64,000 bases of DNA from a virus. Location of the stretch: the IMG/VR virus record IMGVR_UViG_3300044991_001301. The stretch is one strand, 5' to 3'. Shown here in pieces: positions 14,158 to 23,779 of this stretch. Position 1 is the first letter of the stretch, and each line of letters opens with the position of its first letter. The translations under genes were made by a program, and so were the position numbers. The notes under the pieces are model-generated. The model did not search any database and was not told where the DNA came from. It worked only from the letters and a program-made list of their open reading frames with translations.

Positions 14158-16560
14158 TTAGAATTCCCTTCCGCCTTCTGCCGGAGCATATGTTGTATTA
14201 CTACTTTGCCCGTCATCCGATGCAACGTACGGATTTAATGCGTCACCGGTGGCTGTTGTCAACTGAGTAGATGCAGGTGCATTTTGTAGTGCGTTAAAGT
14301 TAGTAGTTATTGTTGAGGTAAATCTACTTATTGCATTCCCCACACTGGTAACAGCACTCTTTAAGAATCCGGTAGTTGCGATTGGTGTAGCAACTACCGT
14401 TGGTGAAGTACTCCGTAAGTCAGTATTGATACCCAACAAACCCAAATCAGCTACACGGCCTTCTCCAGTACTGGCAGCATCTGCTGTTGCATCCACAAAT
14501 TGTGCCATAGAACATTCAAGAACCTGAGTGAATTTACCACCACTAAAGTTACTCACGACCTCTAGTACCATATAAACGATGCCGCCACCTCGCGCATTAA
14601 CTTCTCGTTGAATACTTGCGGGATATTTAATAAATGATATTCTATTGTTTATGTTGAGCAAGCCAGTGGTATTGTTATAATCTGTTACTTCATTGAAATT
14701 AATCTCGATAAATACTTGTCCTCCATTTGGATTAATAGTAAACCCGTCACCACCATAAAATTGATTATATACTTGATTGATGCTAGTAGGAGCTTCATTC
14801 ATTAAGAAATCCGGGTCACCTAATATAGTAATTTTTGCTTTAGCAAACGAGGAAGGGTCCAGTAAACTATTAATGTATGAGTTTTGTGCCTCCATTCCAT
14901 CGCTCAGTTTGTTTAGTCTAGAACCCGGCTGTCTCTGCCCACTTACCAGAGGGATCTCATCACTTCCTCCGGTGGCGGCTCCCGTATTATCTAGTTCGGG
15001 TATGTATAAGTTGTCTAACACGACATTATAATACAGATTGTCTAATGTTTGCTCGTAATTGATAACCTCAGAATTTTTTCCAGTGAACCAATAGTCATAT
15101 CGTTTACAAGGACCGTAATATGATCCGGCTTTTTTTGCAAAGGCGCTGCCAACTACTACCGGAGTTTCATACGGTTGAATAACATATGTGATGTTGTATG
15201 CAAAGTCTTTCGAAACTGAATCCCATCTAGGATTAGTTACTTCAGCCGCAACATTATACCATTTAATAGTTGCCGCCTTTCCCGGTGGAACGATAATATC
15301 CTCCTTTGGATTTTCTGTATCTGGTTCAAGGTTAGTTTTGATGACTACCTTCAAGGCATCTTCTAAATATGAGCTTTGTGCAATAATTTGGCTTATTGCT
15401 TGTAGAATAGGGGTAGCATCTTTAAATACAATTTGCCGTTTATTAAGATTAGGAACAGTAGTTACTTCTAATGTTGGATTGACCTCTCCAATATTTTTTG
15501 CCGCGCCCATAGCTATTTTCGACTTGTCTAAGTCAGCTTTGCTAATAATAGATGCATTCTTAATAAACGCAACGTCATCACCGATGTATCGAATGCTATA
15601 AATATTTTTTTCAATATTAGACAGAATACTTTGGTCTTTATTTAATTTGGCAATTAGGCCATCCGGACCCATAAATGCATCATCTACCGTTTTGGCAATT
15701 ATTTTAGTATTTGTATTAATAAATCCTCTTTTAGTACCGTAGGCCTCCGTGGACGCTACGGCACTAGCGGCAATATTGTATGTAGTTACCCTGCCGTCTA
15801 GCTTAAATTTAATAGAGGTAATCTTAATATCATAAAATCTTTCAAATACACCATGACTAGTACCAGATGGGTCAAATGTGTCTTGTGAAAAGACTTCCTT
15901 TCCGGTAATCAGTTTGCCGGAAGCATCGTACCCCAAGAAACCTAGTCGTAAGATGAAAAAATCTCTTGATGGGTTATCTGGTAATTTTTTATTTTTACTA
16001 TAAGATTGGATTGCGTCTCCGGCTTGCCTCAACTTGGAAATGAATGAAAAGCCATATGGTTCATAAATTGTAAAACTCATCACAGTTACATTAGATTGAG
16101 TCCCTGTTGACTTTCCGCTAGTAGCCGTATTAATTTTTAAATTATCGATGTAATAGTCCAAATTCCCGGCAAGACTCATTGAAGTTTGATTGTTTATCCC
16201 GCCACTTTGCGCAACGAGATACGCTCCGCCGCTGCCACTATTATTTCGATCGGCCAGTGCGTTTAAATTCTTCCTACCAGAATTGATAAACGAAGTATAT
16301 GCGTCCGGAGTTACCATAAACAATGCTATATTATAGGTGTAGCTTGAAAAATTTCCTAAAGGATTGAAGAGTCTTCTACCAGGAATCTTCTTAGCGGACG
16401 CGGCTGCAGTTCCGGCTTTGCCAGCCTGTGTTGTTCCGGCATTGACAGCGGCGCTAGTCGCTGCTTGATTAATTGGTTGTCGTTGTAAGCGGGCTGCTTC
16501 AACCTTATCATAACTGTTGTCGTCATTCGCAGAACCTGTTAATGCATTATCGGCCGGCAT
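14158..16560 (-). CDS. Baseplate hub protein (gp27/gpD-like)
   Basis: FTIYEPYGFSF and AKITILGDPDFL...GIVYMVLEVVSNFSGGKFTQVL motifs; lies immediately upstream of the gp5-like gene. Confidence 0.6.
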   Translation of the reverse strand: MPADNALTGSANDDNSYDKVEAARLQRQPINQAATSAAVNAGTTQAGKAGTAAASAKKIPGRRLFNPLGNFSSYTYNIALFMVTPDAYTSFINSGRKNLNALADRNNSGSGGAYLVAQSGGINNQTSMSLAGNLDYYIDNLKINTATSGKSTGTQSNVTVMSFTIYEPYGFSFISKLRQAGDAIQSYSKNKKLPDNPSRDFFILRLGFLGYDASGKLITGKEVFSQDTFDPSGTSHGVFERFYDIKITSIKFKLDGRVTTYNIAASAVASTEAYGTKRGFINTNTKIIAKTVDDAFMGPDGLIAKLNKDQSILSNIEKNIYSIRYIGDDVAFIKNASIISKADLDKSKIAMGAAKNIGEVNPTLEVTTVPNLNKRQIVFKDATPILQAISQIIAQSSYLEDALKVVIKTNLEPDTENPKEDIIVPPGKAATIKWYNVAAEVTNPRWDSVSKDFAYNITYVIQPYETPVVVGSAFAKKAGSYYGPCKRYDYWFTGKNSEVINYEQTLDNLYYNVVLDNLYIPELDNTGAATGGSDEIPLVSGQRQPGSRLNKLSDGMEAQNSYINSLLDPSSFAKAKITILGDPDFLMNEAPTSINQVYNQFYGGDGFTINPNGGQVFIEINFNEVTDYNNTTGLLNINNRISFIKYPASIQREVNARGGGIVYMVLEVVSNFSGGKFTQVLECSMAQFVDATADAASTGEGRVADLGLLGINTDLRSTSPTVVATPIATTGFLKSAVTSVGNAISRFTSTITTNFNALQNAPASTQLTTATGDALNPYVASDDGQSSNTTYAPAEGGREF

Positions 16561-16872
16561 TTATATCCCCAACACTTGTGTTAACGTGGATAATTTTGGA
16601 ATATAAATTCCAACACCTACTACAAAGTCAAAGAAGGGATCGGGCAATGAGTTTGGATTTCTCTGCGCAAATACCCACCATAATCTAGAATCGCTGTATA
16701 AGTCAAATGCCAGTAAGTCAGGACGGTACTCGTATACTTGTGTTATAGTCCAATATACATCGGACGGCTGCATTGGTAACGGTCGATTAATCATCACATC
16801 TAAAAATTTTTCATTCACTACGTCAGTATTGTAATACGGACTAGCTGCTGAATATAAATTATTGTTTGCCAT
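16561..16872 (-). CDS. gp53/LysM-like baseplate protein
   Basis: YEYRPDLLAFDLYSDSRLWWVFAQRN...G..IYIP motif. The true start is probably ATG 16872, overlapping the upstream stop (TAATG). Confidence 0.8.
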   Translation of the reverse strand: MANNNLYSAASPYYNTDVVNEKFLDVMINRPLPMQPSDVYWTITQVYEYRPDLLAFDLYSDSRLWWVFAQRNPNSLPDPFFDFVVGVGIYIPKLSTLTQVLGI

Positions 16873-18890
16873 TACCAAATACCTCCGCCTGACGGTCGAT
16901 GTGTTAATTCACCGGTTGCATATTTCTTCAAACTAAAGTTGTTGCTTATATCGTTGCGAGTAACAATTGGTATTGCTGATATTTGTATTGACATTTTTGT
17001 GGGTACATATGTTGGGTCAATCGTGCCAGCAGGTGTATTCTGAAATACAGGTGGGGCGGCAAGTCCACCAGCTTGAAGCCCTGCAGCTTGCCGCCTATCA
17101 TTTCCTACTGAGTTTGTGTTAGATGGTATATTTGCAGGATCTTTACTAACACCCGCTTCCGTTGAGGTGTTAGATGCGCGAATATAATCTACGTCTGTCG
17201 GTAGAGAATAGTTGAATGCAGTAATAGCTATAGGATGTCTATCAAATTGAAATGCCCCCAACCCTGTCAAATAGCACAGTGGGGGTGGCACCCCGGGCTT
17301 TGGATTTTGATCCTGGCCATAAAACATTTTTGTAATCGATCTAAAAAAGTGTATTACTGCTAGTAAATAATTTGCCTCGTATGTATCCTGCGCTGTAAAA
17401 TCACAACTAATCGATATGCTATCCACACTACTGTTTTTATATTGAAATATCTTATAGTTGCTGTGAGTTATATCGCTAGCGTCATAATGCGCAGCATATG
17501 CTACTTGTATTGACGGGGTATAGGGGAAGATGATGCCATCAGTTGCTATTAGAGGTTTCAGTATTCCAACCACTGTTTTGGCTTTGTATAGATAGTCGCT
17601 ATAATCCCCTGGTGCTAGCTGAAGTTTAACTCGCCAGTCTTTTCTTAAATTGAAGTTTACAACATCCTGCGTAGTAGCTTGTGCCTGTGCGTTATTTTTA
17701 GCGGCTTGTAATCCTCTACTTGATCCAGTGGCTCCGGGATCAGTATTAATCCCTAGCTCACCCAAAGCAGCGGCTTCCTGTGCTGCTACTTGATCAGTGT
17801 TGATACCCAGTTCACCCAAATCAGCTTGTTTTTGTGCTTGAATTACTTGGTCAGTATTAATCCCTAATTCACCGAGTTCGGCGTTTCGTTGTGCTTGAAT
17901 AACCTCTTCGGTCTGCGCAGTATTGATTCCCAACTCACCCAGATCAGCATCACGCTGTGCCTGCACTAAATCAGCCGCTGTTTTATCTGTGTTAATGCCC
18001 AGTTCACCTAGATCAGCATTCTGTTGTGCTTGGACTAAATTAGCAGCAGTTTGATCAGTGTTGACACCTAGTTCACCCAGATCAGCGTCCTTCTGTGCTT
18101 GAGCTAAATTATCTGCGGTTTGATCAGTGTTGATACCAAGCTCACCTAAATCAGCTTGTTTTTGTGCCTCAGCAATAGCAACTTGATCTGAATTTAAACC
18201 CAACTCACCTAGATCGGCATCTTTTTGAGCTTGTATAGTTGCTGGAGATGGATTTATCGCATCAAACTCAGCTTGATTTTGTGCTTTGATTGTGCCTGCA
18301 TCAGCTTGATTTGCTTCTAACAATCGTTGCTGTTCAGCCGATATCGGTATGGTAGCTGGTGTAGCAGTAGTAGTCGGTGTATTGGCTGCTTGTGGTACAG
18401 GCGACGGGTTTTGACTATCAGGTACTTGTGCAGGTGGATTTATTGAGGCAGTGTAACCCGGTGGTGGGGTAAAGGTGTTAGTGCCGGGGGGGACAGCGCC
18501 GGCCGCTTCAAGATTACTAATTGCAGTTTGAGAAGTTTGTATTGCCTCTTCTCCTCTTTGAATCACACCAACTAACCTGTCAGCTTGTCCATTTAGGTCT
18601 GAACGTTTTGCTTGAAGTTCCTCATATGTAGCTTGTAATGCAGCCGCATTTGGATCACCTTGTGCCACTGCTGTCGCTGCCGCAGTTCTAGCCGCTCTTA
18701 CAGTTGCATATGAATAAGGGCCGTTAGTTTGATCTTGAATTTGGGCAAGAGTCGCTTTATTTTCTATTAATCTGGATTGGACTGATGATAGATTTTGATT
18801 CATTGTTAGAAGCGCATTACTTCTATCCAATGGCGTTAGCTGAGTTTGTACAAACGCAGGATCAGTTAAATTTTGCGGTGTCCATGCCAT
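16872..18890 (-). CDS. Tail tube initiator / baseplate-tube junction protein with repetitive N-terminal half
   Basis: C-terminal domain IIFPYTPSI...ISISCDFTAQ...FFRSITKMFYG...PPPLCYL..LG resembles tube-fold baseplate proteins. SD AAGGA and TAAGTA lie upstream. Confidence 0.6.
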   Translation of the reverse strand: MAWTPQNLTDPAFVQTQLTPLDRSNALLTMNQNLSSVQSRLIENKATLAQIQDQTNGPYSYATVRAARTAAATAVAQGDPNAAALQATYEELQAKRSDLNGQADRLVGVIQRGEEAIQTSQTAISNLEAAGAVPPGTNTFTPPPGYTASINPPAQVPDSQNPSPVPQAANTPTTTATPATIPISAEQQRLLEANQADAGTIKAQNQAEFDAINPSPATIQAQKDADLGELGLNSDQVAIAEAQKQADLGELGINTDQTADNLAQAQKDADLGELGVNTDQTAANLVQAQQNADLGELGINTDKTAADLVQAQRDADLGELGINTAQTEEVIQAQRNAELGELGINTDQVIQAQKQADLGELGINTDQVAAQEAAALGELGINTDPGATGSSRGLQAAKNNAQAQATTQDVVNFNLRKDWRVKLQLAPGDYSDYLYKAKTVVGILKPLIATDGIIFPYTPSIQVAYAAHYDASDITHSNYKIFQYKNSSVDSISISCDFTAQDTYEANYLLAVIHFFRSITKMFYGQDQNPKPGVPPPLCYLTGLGAFQFDRHPIAITAFNYSLPTDVDYIRASNTSTEAGVSKDPANIPSNTNSVGNDRRQAAGLQAGGLAAPPVFQNTPAGTIDPTYVPTKMSIQISAIPIVTRNDISNNFSLKKYATGELTHRPSGGGIW
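17744..18230 (-). repeat. Eight imperfect coding repeats QAQxxADLGELGINTDQ
   Basis: Directly visible in the protein and in the DNA (cagtgttgatacccagttcacccaaatcagc-like units). Confidence 0.9.
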
Positions 18891-18980
18891 AATATGTTGT
18901 TATCCTTAATTATACTTATCGTTAAATAATACGCTCTTCACCCAAAATAGATTGACACTAGGTATTTCCACCGTATTGCT

Positions 18981-18997
18981 TATTTATCTGATAAATA
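18981..18997. promoter_or_regulatory. Back-to-back late promoters (TATTTATC-T-GATAAATA)
   Basis: Palindrome carrying the late motif GATAAATA on both strands, between the divergent baseplate and sigma operons. Confidence 0.55.
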
Positions 18998-19020
18998 TAC
19001 AGCCCCTTTTACTTTATCGG

Positions 19021-19049
19021 TTGCTATTCATAGCCGATTGTGCTACAAT
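19021..19049 (+). promoter_or_regulatory. Host sigma70-type promoter for the late sigma gene
   Basis: TTGCTA-17 nt-TACAAT with an extended -10 TG. Confidence 0.6.
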
Positions 19050-19075
19050 AGTAGAATGCTATTCATAAGGAATCT

Positions 19076-19984
19076 ATGTCATTAATCCCAACGCCTGCAC
19101 CAAAGAAAAAAAACTATTTAAATAACCGGGATATCCTAAAAGAAATCCACGAAAGCAAAACGACATATTGTCATTTTACAAAACCCGAATATCACCGATA
19201 TGACCTAATCGTTGATCTACCACTCACTTCTATTGAAAATAGTTTTGAATATGCTTTCAGCGAAGATGCTATCACGCTTGCTAAAGAAACCAGGGCATCT
19301 AGGTTAAGTGTGGATTCTGGTGTTAAAGTAGATCCATCAGAAATTCCCGTCACTGACTTGGTATTTCGTGTAATGACTTGGGATCACGTTCCGGTAGCTG
19401 TTAAACAACCCAGAAAAACAGTTAAAAAGAAAACAGCAAAAGATATATTTGAGTTCAATGAGATAGATCCTAGTGAGGTTTTTGCCGATTTAGAGGATCC
19501 TGTCACTAAAGCTGAAGTAGATGATATGGTTCACGTTAAGGTAAATTTCCCTCCGTTCCAACACTACAAAATTGATGAGAATAACTCTTTCTACTGCGTT
19601 GGTAAATCACATTGGCAAGGTTCATTAAACGAGGGTGCCTTCTCCAAAGATCACGGCAAAATTACTAATACACTCGCCCGTATGTATATTATGATGTGTG
19701 AAAAATACGCTATGAAATATAATTGGCGTGGTTATACATATAATGATGAAATGCGTAACTCAGCAATCCTTCAGTTAACTTATGTGGGTCTTAGATTTAA
19801 TGAGGCCAAATCAGCTAACCCATTTGCTTACTACACCGCAGCCATCACTAATAGTTTTTGTAGGGTTTTGAATACTGAAAAACGAAATCAGAATATTCGG
19901 GATGATATCTTGGAAATCGCAGGTTTAAATCCCAGTTGGTCTAGACAATCAGCCGGCAGTCAAAGCGGGCAATATGAAGAGTAA
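19076..19984 (+). CDS. Late transcription sigma factor (T4 gp55-like)
   Basis: NYLNNRDIL at the N-terminus and NWRGYTYNDEM...KSANPFAYYT...NSF.R.LN.EK; sits before gp47/gp46 as in T4-like phages. Confidence 0.8.
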   Translation: MSLIPTPAPKKKNYLNNRDILKEIHESKTTYCHFTKPEYHRYDLIVDLPLTSIENSFEYAFSEDAITLAKETRASRLSVDSGVKVDPSEIPVTDLVFRVMTWDHVPVAVKQPRKTVKKKTAKDIFEFNEIDPSEVFADLEDPVTKAEVDDMVHVKVNFPPFQHYKIDENNSFYCVGKSHWQGSLNEGAFSKDHGKITNTLARMYIMMCEKYAMKYNWRGYTYNDEMRNSAILQLTYVGLRFNEAKSANPFAYYTAAITNSFCRVLNTEKRNQNIRDDILEIAGLNPSWSRQSAGSQSGQYEE

Positions 19985-20004
19985 TTAACTTAATTTTATG
20001 CCAC

Positions 20005-20032
20005 ATTACGGATTGGTATACCAATCCGTAAT
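20005..20032. repeat. Perfect 28-bp palindrome
   Basis: ATTACGGATTGGTATACCAATCCGTAAT. Confidence 0.9.
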
Positions 20033-20042
20033 CCCAATAGTG

Positions 20043-20071
20043 TTGTATTCTAGCTAGCTTGGTAGTATAAT
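20043..20071 (+). promoter_or_regulatory. Sigma70-type promoter, probably giving a leaderless gp47 mRNA
   Basis: TTGTAT-17 nt-TATAAT; ATG at 20077 lies 5 nt after the -10 box and there is no SD. Confidence 0.65.
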
Positions 20072-20076
20072 ATCGT

Positions 20077-21090
20077 ATGTCAAATTTATTTAAAAAAGCC
20101 GCAATATTTACTGATGTGCATTTTGGTGCCAAAAGTAATAGCCTAGTTCATAATCAGGATTGCGCCCAATTTGTCGATTGGTTCATAGCAAAAGCCAAAA
20201 AAGAGGGTTGCGAAACTTGCTTCTTTTTAGGTGATTGGAATCACCATAGAGCAAGTATTAATATCCATACGCTTCAATTTGGATTGCAAGCATTGGAAAA
20301 ATTGAACAATGCGTTTGACCAAGTATTTTTTATTCCAGGAAACCATGATCTCTACTATCGTGATCGCAGGGATATCCATTCCATTGAATGGGCCAAGCAT
20401 TTACCAAATGTCACTATCGTTAATGACTTTTTTAAACAAGGAGATGTTAGTATCGTTCCTTGGTTGGTGCAAGATGATTACAAAAAGCTAAAGAAGCTGT
20501 CAGGTAAATATTTATTCGGTCATTTGGAACTGCCTCATTTCCATATGAACGCGATGATAGCTATGCCTGATCACGGGGAGATAAATGAATCCCATCTTTC
20601 TGGATTTGACCAAGCTTTCTCGGGTCATTTTCATAAACGGCAGGCTCGTAAAAACATCTGGTACATTGGGAACGCATTCCCTCATAATTATGCCGACGCA
20701 GGCGATGATGCTAGAGGAATGATGATATTGGATTGGGGTCAAGATCCAGTATTTCATAGTTGGCCAAGACAACCTTTGTTTAGAGTGTATAAACTTAGCG
20801 AAGTTCTTGAAAACCCTGAAGGATTGCTGTTGATAGATAGTCACGTTAGGGTACACCTTGACATTGATATATCGTATGAAGAGGCAAACTTTCTTAGAGA
20901 AACATTGATACCGGAACATAAATTGAGAGAAATGACATTGATTCCTATTAAAGGTGAACAAACTGAGCAAACAACTGGCGGAACACTACAATTTGAATCG
21001 GTAGATCAAATTGTGCTGGAAAGCATTAATGCTATTGAAAGTGAAGCTTTTGACAAAAGGCTTTTGTTGGACATCTACAATAATCTATAA
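20077..21090 (+). CDS. Recombination endonuclease subunit gp47 (Mre11/SbcD family)
   Basis: Metallophosphoesterase motifs DVHFG, GDWNH, GNHD, GHLE, SGHFH. Confidence 0.92.
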   Translation: MSNLFKKAAIFTDVHFGAKSNSLVHNQDCAQFVDWFIAKAKKEGCETCFFLGDWNHHRASINIHTLQFGLQALEKLNNAFDQVFFIPGNHDLYYRDRRDIHSIEWAKHLPNVTIVNDFFKQGDVSIVPWLVQDDYKKLKKLSGKYLFGHLELPHFHMNAMIAMPDHGEINESHLSGFDQAFSGHFHKRQARKNIWYIGNAFPHNYADAGDDARGMMILDWGQDPVFHSWPRQPLFRVYKLSEVLENPEGLLLIDSHVRVHLDIDISYEEANFLRETLIPEHKLREMTLIPIKGEQTEQTTGGTLQFESVDQIVLESINAIESEAFDKRLLLDIYNNL

Positions 21091-21093
21091 GCT

Positions 21094-23178
21094 ATGGCAA
21101 TAATACTTAAAAACATCACCCTACGCAACTTTCTTTCAATTGGACAGGTAACGCAAGCAGTTAATTTTGACAGAACTGATCTAACGCTGATACTGGGAGA
21201 GAATCTAGACCTAGGCGGTGACGGAGCTAGAAATGGTACGGGTAAGACTTCTCTGATCCAAGGTCTTAGCTATGCGTTGTTTGGCGTACCCATCAATAGT
21301 ATCAGGAAGGACAACCTCGTCAATCGTACCAATAGTAAAGGTATGATGGTTACATTAGACTTCAGCGTTAATGGTACCGAATACAAGATTGAGCGTGGTC
21401 GAAAGCCTAACATCCTTAAATTCTATGTGAACAATGTTCAACAAAAAGTACAAGATGACGCTCAAGGAGAAAACAAAGAAACGCAAGTTGCCATTGAGCG
21501 GGTAATCAATATGTCAGCAGATATGTTTCGGCATATTGTTGCGTTGAATACTTATTCAGAGCCTTTCCTCGCGTTGAAGTCAAATGAGCAGCGAGATATC
21601 ATTGAACAGTTGCTTGGTATCACGCTGTTGTCGGAAAAAGCTGATGTCATCAAAGAAATGATTAGAAATTCTAAAGATGATATTCAGTCTGAAGAATTTA
21701 AAGTTAAAGCCATTGAAGAAGCCAATAAACGAGTCAAAGAACAAATTGAAAGTTTGAAGCGTAGACAGAGGCTTTGGCAAACAAAGCACGACAGCGACCT
21801 CTCTATCCTAGTCTCACAATACGATGAACTAAGTAAAATTGACATCGATGTTGAATTGCGGTCGCATAAAGACTTGATCGTCTATGAGCAAAATAAAAAG
21901 AAACAGGAACTGCGAGGATCGCTCCTAGCCAGGCAATTGGTTTGGAAGCAAAAACAAACGGCCGACATTGCTGAATTGGATCTAGAGTGGACTAACAAAA
22001 ATAAAATAGATATTATCGCAGAGCTAGCGGCTCATAAGGCATTGGCTCTCTATGTAAGCACAAAGGCGTCACTGGAAATAGTAACGCGGGCTATTGAAAC
22101 GCTTGAGACCAATCTAAAGAAAGAAAAGAAAACAGTAGATAAACTAGCAAAAGAGGTAAAAACGCTTGAGAATCATACCTGCTATGCCTGTGGTCAAGAT
22201 TTCCACGATGACAAGCACATTGAAGTGCTAGCTGAGAAAAAATCACTACATACTATGGCAGTGGCTGATCAGACTGCAATAGAAACAGAGCTAGTAGTGA
22301 AGAGGAAAGAAAGTTCCAAGTTAGGTAAATTGGGTGCGATGCCTGTCACTCATTATCAGAGCGAAGCAGAAGCTATTCGGCACAGTAGTGATACTGATAA
22401 TATCAAACAGAAAATTACTGCTAAACAAGGGGAAAGTGATCCTTATTCAGAGCAGTTAGTTGAGTATCCCGAAATTGAGTTGGGGACGATGCCAGTTACT
22501 ATCTATGAAACTGAGATAGAAGCGGTAGAACATAGAAGCACTGTATCTAATCTACTACAACAAATTACAAATAAAAGTGCTGATACCGACCCTTATAGTG
22601 AACAAGTAGTTGAGATGGAGAGTCAAACTCTACAAGAAATCAATTTTGCCACTATCAATCGGTTGACAAAGACGATGGAACATCAGAAGTTTTTACTTGA
22701 TTTGCTTTCAAGTAAAGATAGTTTTGTTCGGAAACGAATTATTGATCAAAATCTAAGTTATTTGAATACCAGATTGACGCATTATCTTGACAAAATTGGG
22801 TTGCCGCATCAAGTGGTATTTCAAAATGACCTGACTGTGGAGATTACTGAGTTGGGCAGGGACCTGGATTTTGATAATTTGTCAAGGGGAGAACGCAATA
22901 GATTGATTCTGGGATTGAGTTTTGCATTCCGAGATGTGTGGGAAAATCTATACCATCCCATCAACACCCTGTTTATTGATGAGCTTATTGATTCAGGATT
23001 AGACACCATGGGAGTTGAAAATGCTATTGCTATTCTTAAAGATATGAGTCGGCGTAGGCAGAAATCAATATGGTTAGTCAGTCATCGGGAAGAGTTGGCT
23101 GGGCGTGTACCTAGTGTTTTGAAGGTGATTAAAGAGGGCGGATTCACCTCGTATTCTTCAGCTTCGGACATGGAATAA
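21094..23178 (+). CDS. Recombination ATPase subunit gp46 (Rad50/SbcC family)
   Basis: Walker A GARNGTGKT, zinc hook CYAC, signature LSRGE, Walker B LFIDE, SH switch. Confidence 0.93.
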   Translation: MAIILKNITLRNFLSIGQVTQAVNFDRTDLTLILGENLDLGGDGARNGTGKTSLIQGLSYALFGVPINSIRKDNLVNRTNSKGMMVTLDFSVNGTEYKIERGRKPNILKFYVNNVQQKVQDDAQGENKETQVAIERVINMSADMFRHIVALNTYSEPFLALKSNEQRDIIEQLLGITLLSEKADVIKEMIRNSKDDIQSEEFKVKAIEEANKRVKEQIESLKRRQRLWQTKHDSDLSILVSQYDELSKIDIDVELRSHKDLIVYEQNKKKQELRGSLLARQLVWKQKQTADIAELDLEWTNKNKIDIIAELAAHKALALYVSTKASLEIVTRAIETLETNLKKEKKTVDKLAKEVKTLENHTCYACGQDFHDDKHIEVLAEKKSLHTMAVADQTAIETELVVKRKESSKLGKLGAMPVTHYQSEAEAIRHSSDTDNIKQKITAKQGESDPYSEQLVEYPEIELGTMPVTIYETEIEAVEHRSTVSNLLQQITNKSADTDPYSEQVVEMESQTLQEINFATINRLTKTMEHQKFLLDLLSSKDSFVRKRIIDQNLSYLNTRLTHYLDKIGLPHQVVFQNDLTVEITELGRDLDFDNLSRGERNRLILGLSFAFRDVWENLYHPINTLFIDELIDSGLDTMGVENAIAILKDMSRRRQKSIWLVSHREELAGRVPSVLKVIKEGGFTSYSSASDME

Positions 23179-23214
23179 ATTATAAATGCTCGAAAGCATA
23201 GCATAAGTATTAAT

Positions 23215-23766
23215 ATGACATCACCGCAGAAAGCAAAGGGATCTGGATTTGAAAGGGAAGTTGCGAAATTTCTCTCAACCTTGTATGGCGAAAGCTTTAT
23301 TAGGGCTCCAGGCTCAGGTGCTTATATCGGTGGTAAAAACCAGCATCGCACTACATTCTTACACGAAAATCAAGTTCGTTCTTTTAAGGGCGATATTGTA
23401 CCAGGTGAAAGCTTCTCTAAGATGAACATGGAGTGCAAATTTTATGCTGATTTTCCTTTTCATTTACTTCTATCAGGCGAATGTAAGATAATAAACGCCT
23501 GGATTGATCAATTGATGGAAGTTGCCGATATAGGTGACATAAATCTATTGTTTATGAAGTTCAACAGAAAAGGTCGTTATGTGGCTGTGCAATGCGGCCC
23601 CACTTGGATAACCGACAACTTTATTTATTATTCATCTAATAAGTTTGGAGATTGGTTAATCATAGAATTTGATGATTTTTTTAAACACAACAAAGACTTA
23701 CTTAAAACTTATTCATCAACCCCCACCGACACCAAGTCAATTTTAACAATCAACACCACCGTTTAA
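23215..23766 (+). CDS. Holliday junction resolvase (Hjc-like PD-(D/E)XK)
   Basis: KAKGSGFEREVAKFL...R.PGSGA...GDI...ECK. Confidence 0.75.
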   Translation: MTSPQKAKGSGFEREVAKFLSTLYGESFIRAPGSGAYIGGKNQHRTTFLHENQVRSFKGDIVPGESFSKMNMECKFYADFPFHLLLSGECKIINAWIDQLMEVADIGDINLLFMKFNRKGRYVAVQCGPTWITDNFIYYSSNKFGDWLIIEFDDFFKHNKDLLKTYSSTPTDTKSILTINTTV

Positions 23767-23779
23767 AAAAATAACATTT

